Below, piece by piece: positions 62,187 to 64,000 of a stretch of DNA of 64,000 nucleotides. This DNA comes from an uncultured Gammaproteobacteria bacterium (GTDB taxonomy: Bacteria; Patescibacteriota; Microgenomatia; UBA10105; UBA927), in assembly GCA_964629685.1 (NCBI GenBank), contig CAZVTT010000002.1:120039-184038 (forward strand), read 5' to 3'. The translations under genes and the position numbers were made by a program. Under the pieces are notes generated by a model. It saw only the letters and a list, made by a program, of their open reading frames with translations. It was not told the origin of the DNA and searched no databases. The first letter of the stretch is position 1, and each line of letters opens with the position of its first letter.

Positions 62187-63431
62187 TTAGTTACCTAGTA
62201 AAGCCATCAATTGACTCAAGCTCAACGAAACGTTGAAATTGAAATCAAATTCAGGTACTTCCCAGCCGCCTACGTCACCGTAGACGTTAACATTTCCGGA
62301 ATTTCCGATTTCTGTTGTGGAAGTGGCACTACCGGTATCGATGGAAGGATCTCCACCGTATACTGATCCGGTATTGTCATCTGCATCGTTTTTGCCAGTT
62401 GTGGCATCTGCGTCAGCGTCGTTGTAAAGTCTGGCTTCGTTTCCTGCGCCTTCTTTACCACCTTGGAAGACTTCAACAGCGTCGTCAAAGTAACCTTTGA
62501 TTTCGTTGTCTGAGTCGGTTCCGTTTCCGCCTACCTTTGCAGAGATATCCAGCAAGCATCCGCAGTCAACTTCGGCTGCGTTGAAATTGACCATGTTGTC
62601 GATAGTTACATCAGCGGTCGCGTCACCCGTATCTACTGATACTTCTCCACCGGTGTTGTCATCGGCTTCGTTGTATCCTGTATCTGCGCCTGCATCTACG
62701 TGATTTTTCACTGATGCAAAGTTATCCTGCACTACTGCAGTTTCGTGATCGAGATCCAATTTGATTTCATTATCGCTGTATGATCCGTTTCCGAGAATTT
62801 TGGCAGAGACTTCGCCACTCTGGTCTCCGGCACCACCACCTACTTGTGCTTTGTTAGCATTCGCGGTTGTGGATACGGTTACCGTTGTATCGGCATCTCC
62901 GGTATTGATTTCTACATCACCACCGGTATTGTCATCTGCATCATTCTTTCCGGTCTTTGCATCTGCGTCGATTTTGTTTTCGACTTTAGCTGCATTGTCT
63001 TGGAAGACGCTAGTCTTGTTGTCCTGATCAAGTTCAACTTTATTGTCGGACTTGGTTCCGTTTCCACTGATGAGAACATCAGTATCGCCGGCTTGGCAAC
63101 ATTCGACTTTAGCCTCGTTGGTGTTCAGGTTGTTGGATACGGAGACGTCTGTCTTAGCATCACCTGTGTCAACCTTTACATCTCCACCGGTATTATCACT
63201 GGCGCTGTTGTTTCCTGTATCAGCGTTTGCGCTGACTTTGTTGGTTACAACTGCGCTGTTGTTCTGAACAACTGTTGTCGTGTTGTCACGATCTAACTTG
63301 ATTTCGCTGTCAGAGTTGGATCCGTTTCCACTAACTTCGAGAGTTGTAGAAGCGGCAACCGGAGTGACCAAGTTCAAGACCAGTGATCCCGTTGCAAGGA
63401 CGGAAAGTACTTGTCGTTTGAAGTGTGTCAT
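62187..63431 (-). CDS. Secreted repeat protein (4 repeats, acidic, unanchored; candidate major subunit)
   Basis: Signal peptide ending VAA; four ~88-aa repeats; CC and CGC linkers; AAAGGAGGTGA SD. Confidence 0.88.
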   Translation of the reverse strand: MTHFKRQVLSVLATGSLVLNLVTPVAASTTLEVSGNGSNSDSEIKLDRDNTTTVVQNNSAVVTNKVSANADTGNNSASDNTGGDVKVDTGDAKTDVSVSNNLNTNEAKVECCQAGDTDVLISGNGTKSDNKVELDQDNKTSVFQDNAAKVENKIDADAKTGKNDADDNTGGDVEINTGDADTTVTVSTTANANKAQVGGGAGDQSGEVSAKILGNGSYSDNEIKLDLDHETAVVQDNFASVKNHVDAGADTGYNEADDNTGGEVSVDTGDATADVTIDNMVNFNAAEVDCGCLLDISAKVGGNGTDSDNEIKGYFDDAVEVFQGGKEGAGNEARLYNDADADATTGKNDADDNTGSVYGGDPSIDTGSATSTTEIGNSGNVNVYGDVGGWEVPEFDFNFNVSLSLSQLMALLGN

Positions 63432-63540
63432 AATTATTTTTCACCTCCTTTCGTTAATAAGATATCCTGACCTAAGTCAGAATCACTTCTTTTCGCCGTT
63501 AACCGATTTATGGCCTGCCCTTTCGGGTACATAAATACGG

Positions 63541-63607
63541 AAAAACGGAGGCTCCTCAACCCTGACAGTATCTGTTCAAGGTGGAGAAGCCTCCGTTCGC
63601 GGTCAGC
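63541..63607 (-). promoter_or_regulatory. Leader terminator with overlapping alternative hairpin
   Basis: Hairpin 63597-63544 followed by U-run; competing GCUGA-CCG-CGAA-CGG-AGGC at 63607-63589. Confidence 0.65.
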
Positions 63608-63760
63608 TTCGATTTATATTGCGATCAACCACTAACTCAGGGAAGATCGGGGCAGAAGATGATTTGTATACGTTCTATCGACTTTGTTATGGTTAAGAAA
63701 ATATTGTTCTATTTTTATATCTTTGTCAATACCCCAACTGGTGCTATTCGGCAAATATAG

Positions 63761-63964
63761 TTATCGTACTTGTCCGTTTATATTTTTCCTATTTTGTCTA
63801 TCATCGCTGATGGTTTTTTTTATATTTCTGATCGTGATTTGGGTTACTGTGTTATCCTGGACGTATATTTCCACACTCCCGTACGGGCTAACGTTTTTTA
63901 AGGCTTGTGTTAGCTCTTCGAGTAATCTGGTCGATATAGTTTGCGTCGAGTATGTATTTATCAT
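63761..63964 (-). CDS. DUF2292/YezD-like small protein
   Basis: L..AL..V.PYGSVEIYVQD..VTQI pattern, 67 aa. Confidence 0.7.
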   Translation of the reverse strand: MINTYSTQTISTRLLEELTQALKNVSPYGSVEIYVQDNTVTQITIRNIKKTISDDRQNRKNINGQVR

Positions 63965-64000
63965 GCTTGTAGTTTCAAACTACACCGGACATTATTGAAG

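Noticed and set aside
59789-63431. Curlin, ice-nucleation, RTX or autotransporter assignment
   Set aside because: Repeat length and consensus fit none; no beta-barrel or csg genes.
63503-63540. c-di-GMP-I riboswitch (GAAA tetraloop)
   Set aside because: GGCAAA and GACGCAAAG elements and the second receptor stem are missing.

Overview
Chromosomal segment of a Patescibacteria/CPR bacterium (gene content and order resemble Microgenomates; code 11; taxonomy is inference). It is mostly housekeeping: lgt-like, dksA-like, rluA, CPA2 antiporter, tgt, yebC, a Xer recombinase, folD, bcp, gyrB-ppa-gyrA, holB, a complete monoderm-type type IV pilus cluster with two embedded GT-C-type glycosyltransferases, recG-rpmF-nusB-rnc-rpsP-khpA-trmD, tyrS, a class A PBP, and thrS-infC-rpmI-rplT-pheS-pheT. 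No rRNA, tRNA, CRISPR array or transposase was recognised. Most notable: (1) a 57.8-64 kb locus of four secreted proteins built from one ~75-90-aa N/G/T/D-rich repeat (two unanchored, two membrane/wall-anchored, one with a LAATS-type sorting signal) plus a sortase, preceded by a terminator/antiterminator leader and a DUF2292/YezD-like gene, a candidate chaplin-like surface fibre system; (2) three unannotated attenuators for aminoacyl-tRNA synthetase genes: a Tyr-rich leader peptide (tyrS operon), a Phe-rich leader peptide (pheST) and a non-canonical T-box-like leader (thrS); (3) an AlaX-type editing domain fused to PheS; (4) a 1.25-kb non-coding region holding DnaA boxes, ~10 copies of a short motif and a palindromic 11-6-11 dif-like site whose half-site recurs in the xer promoter. 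All family calls come from motifs read by eye; no searches or folding programs were run.
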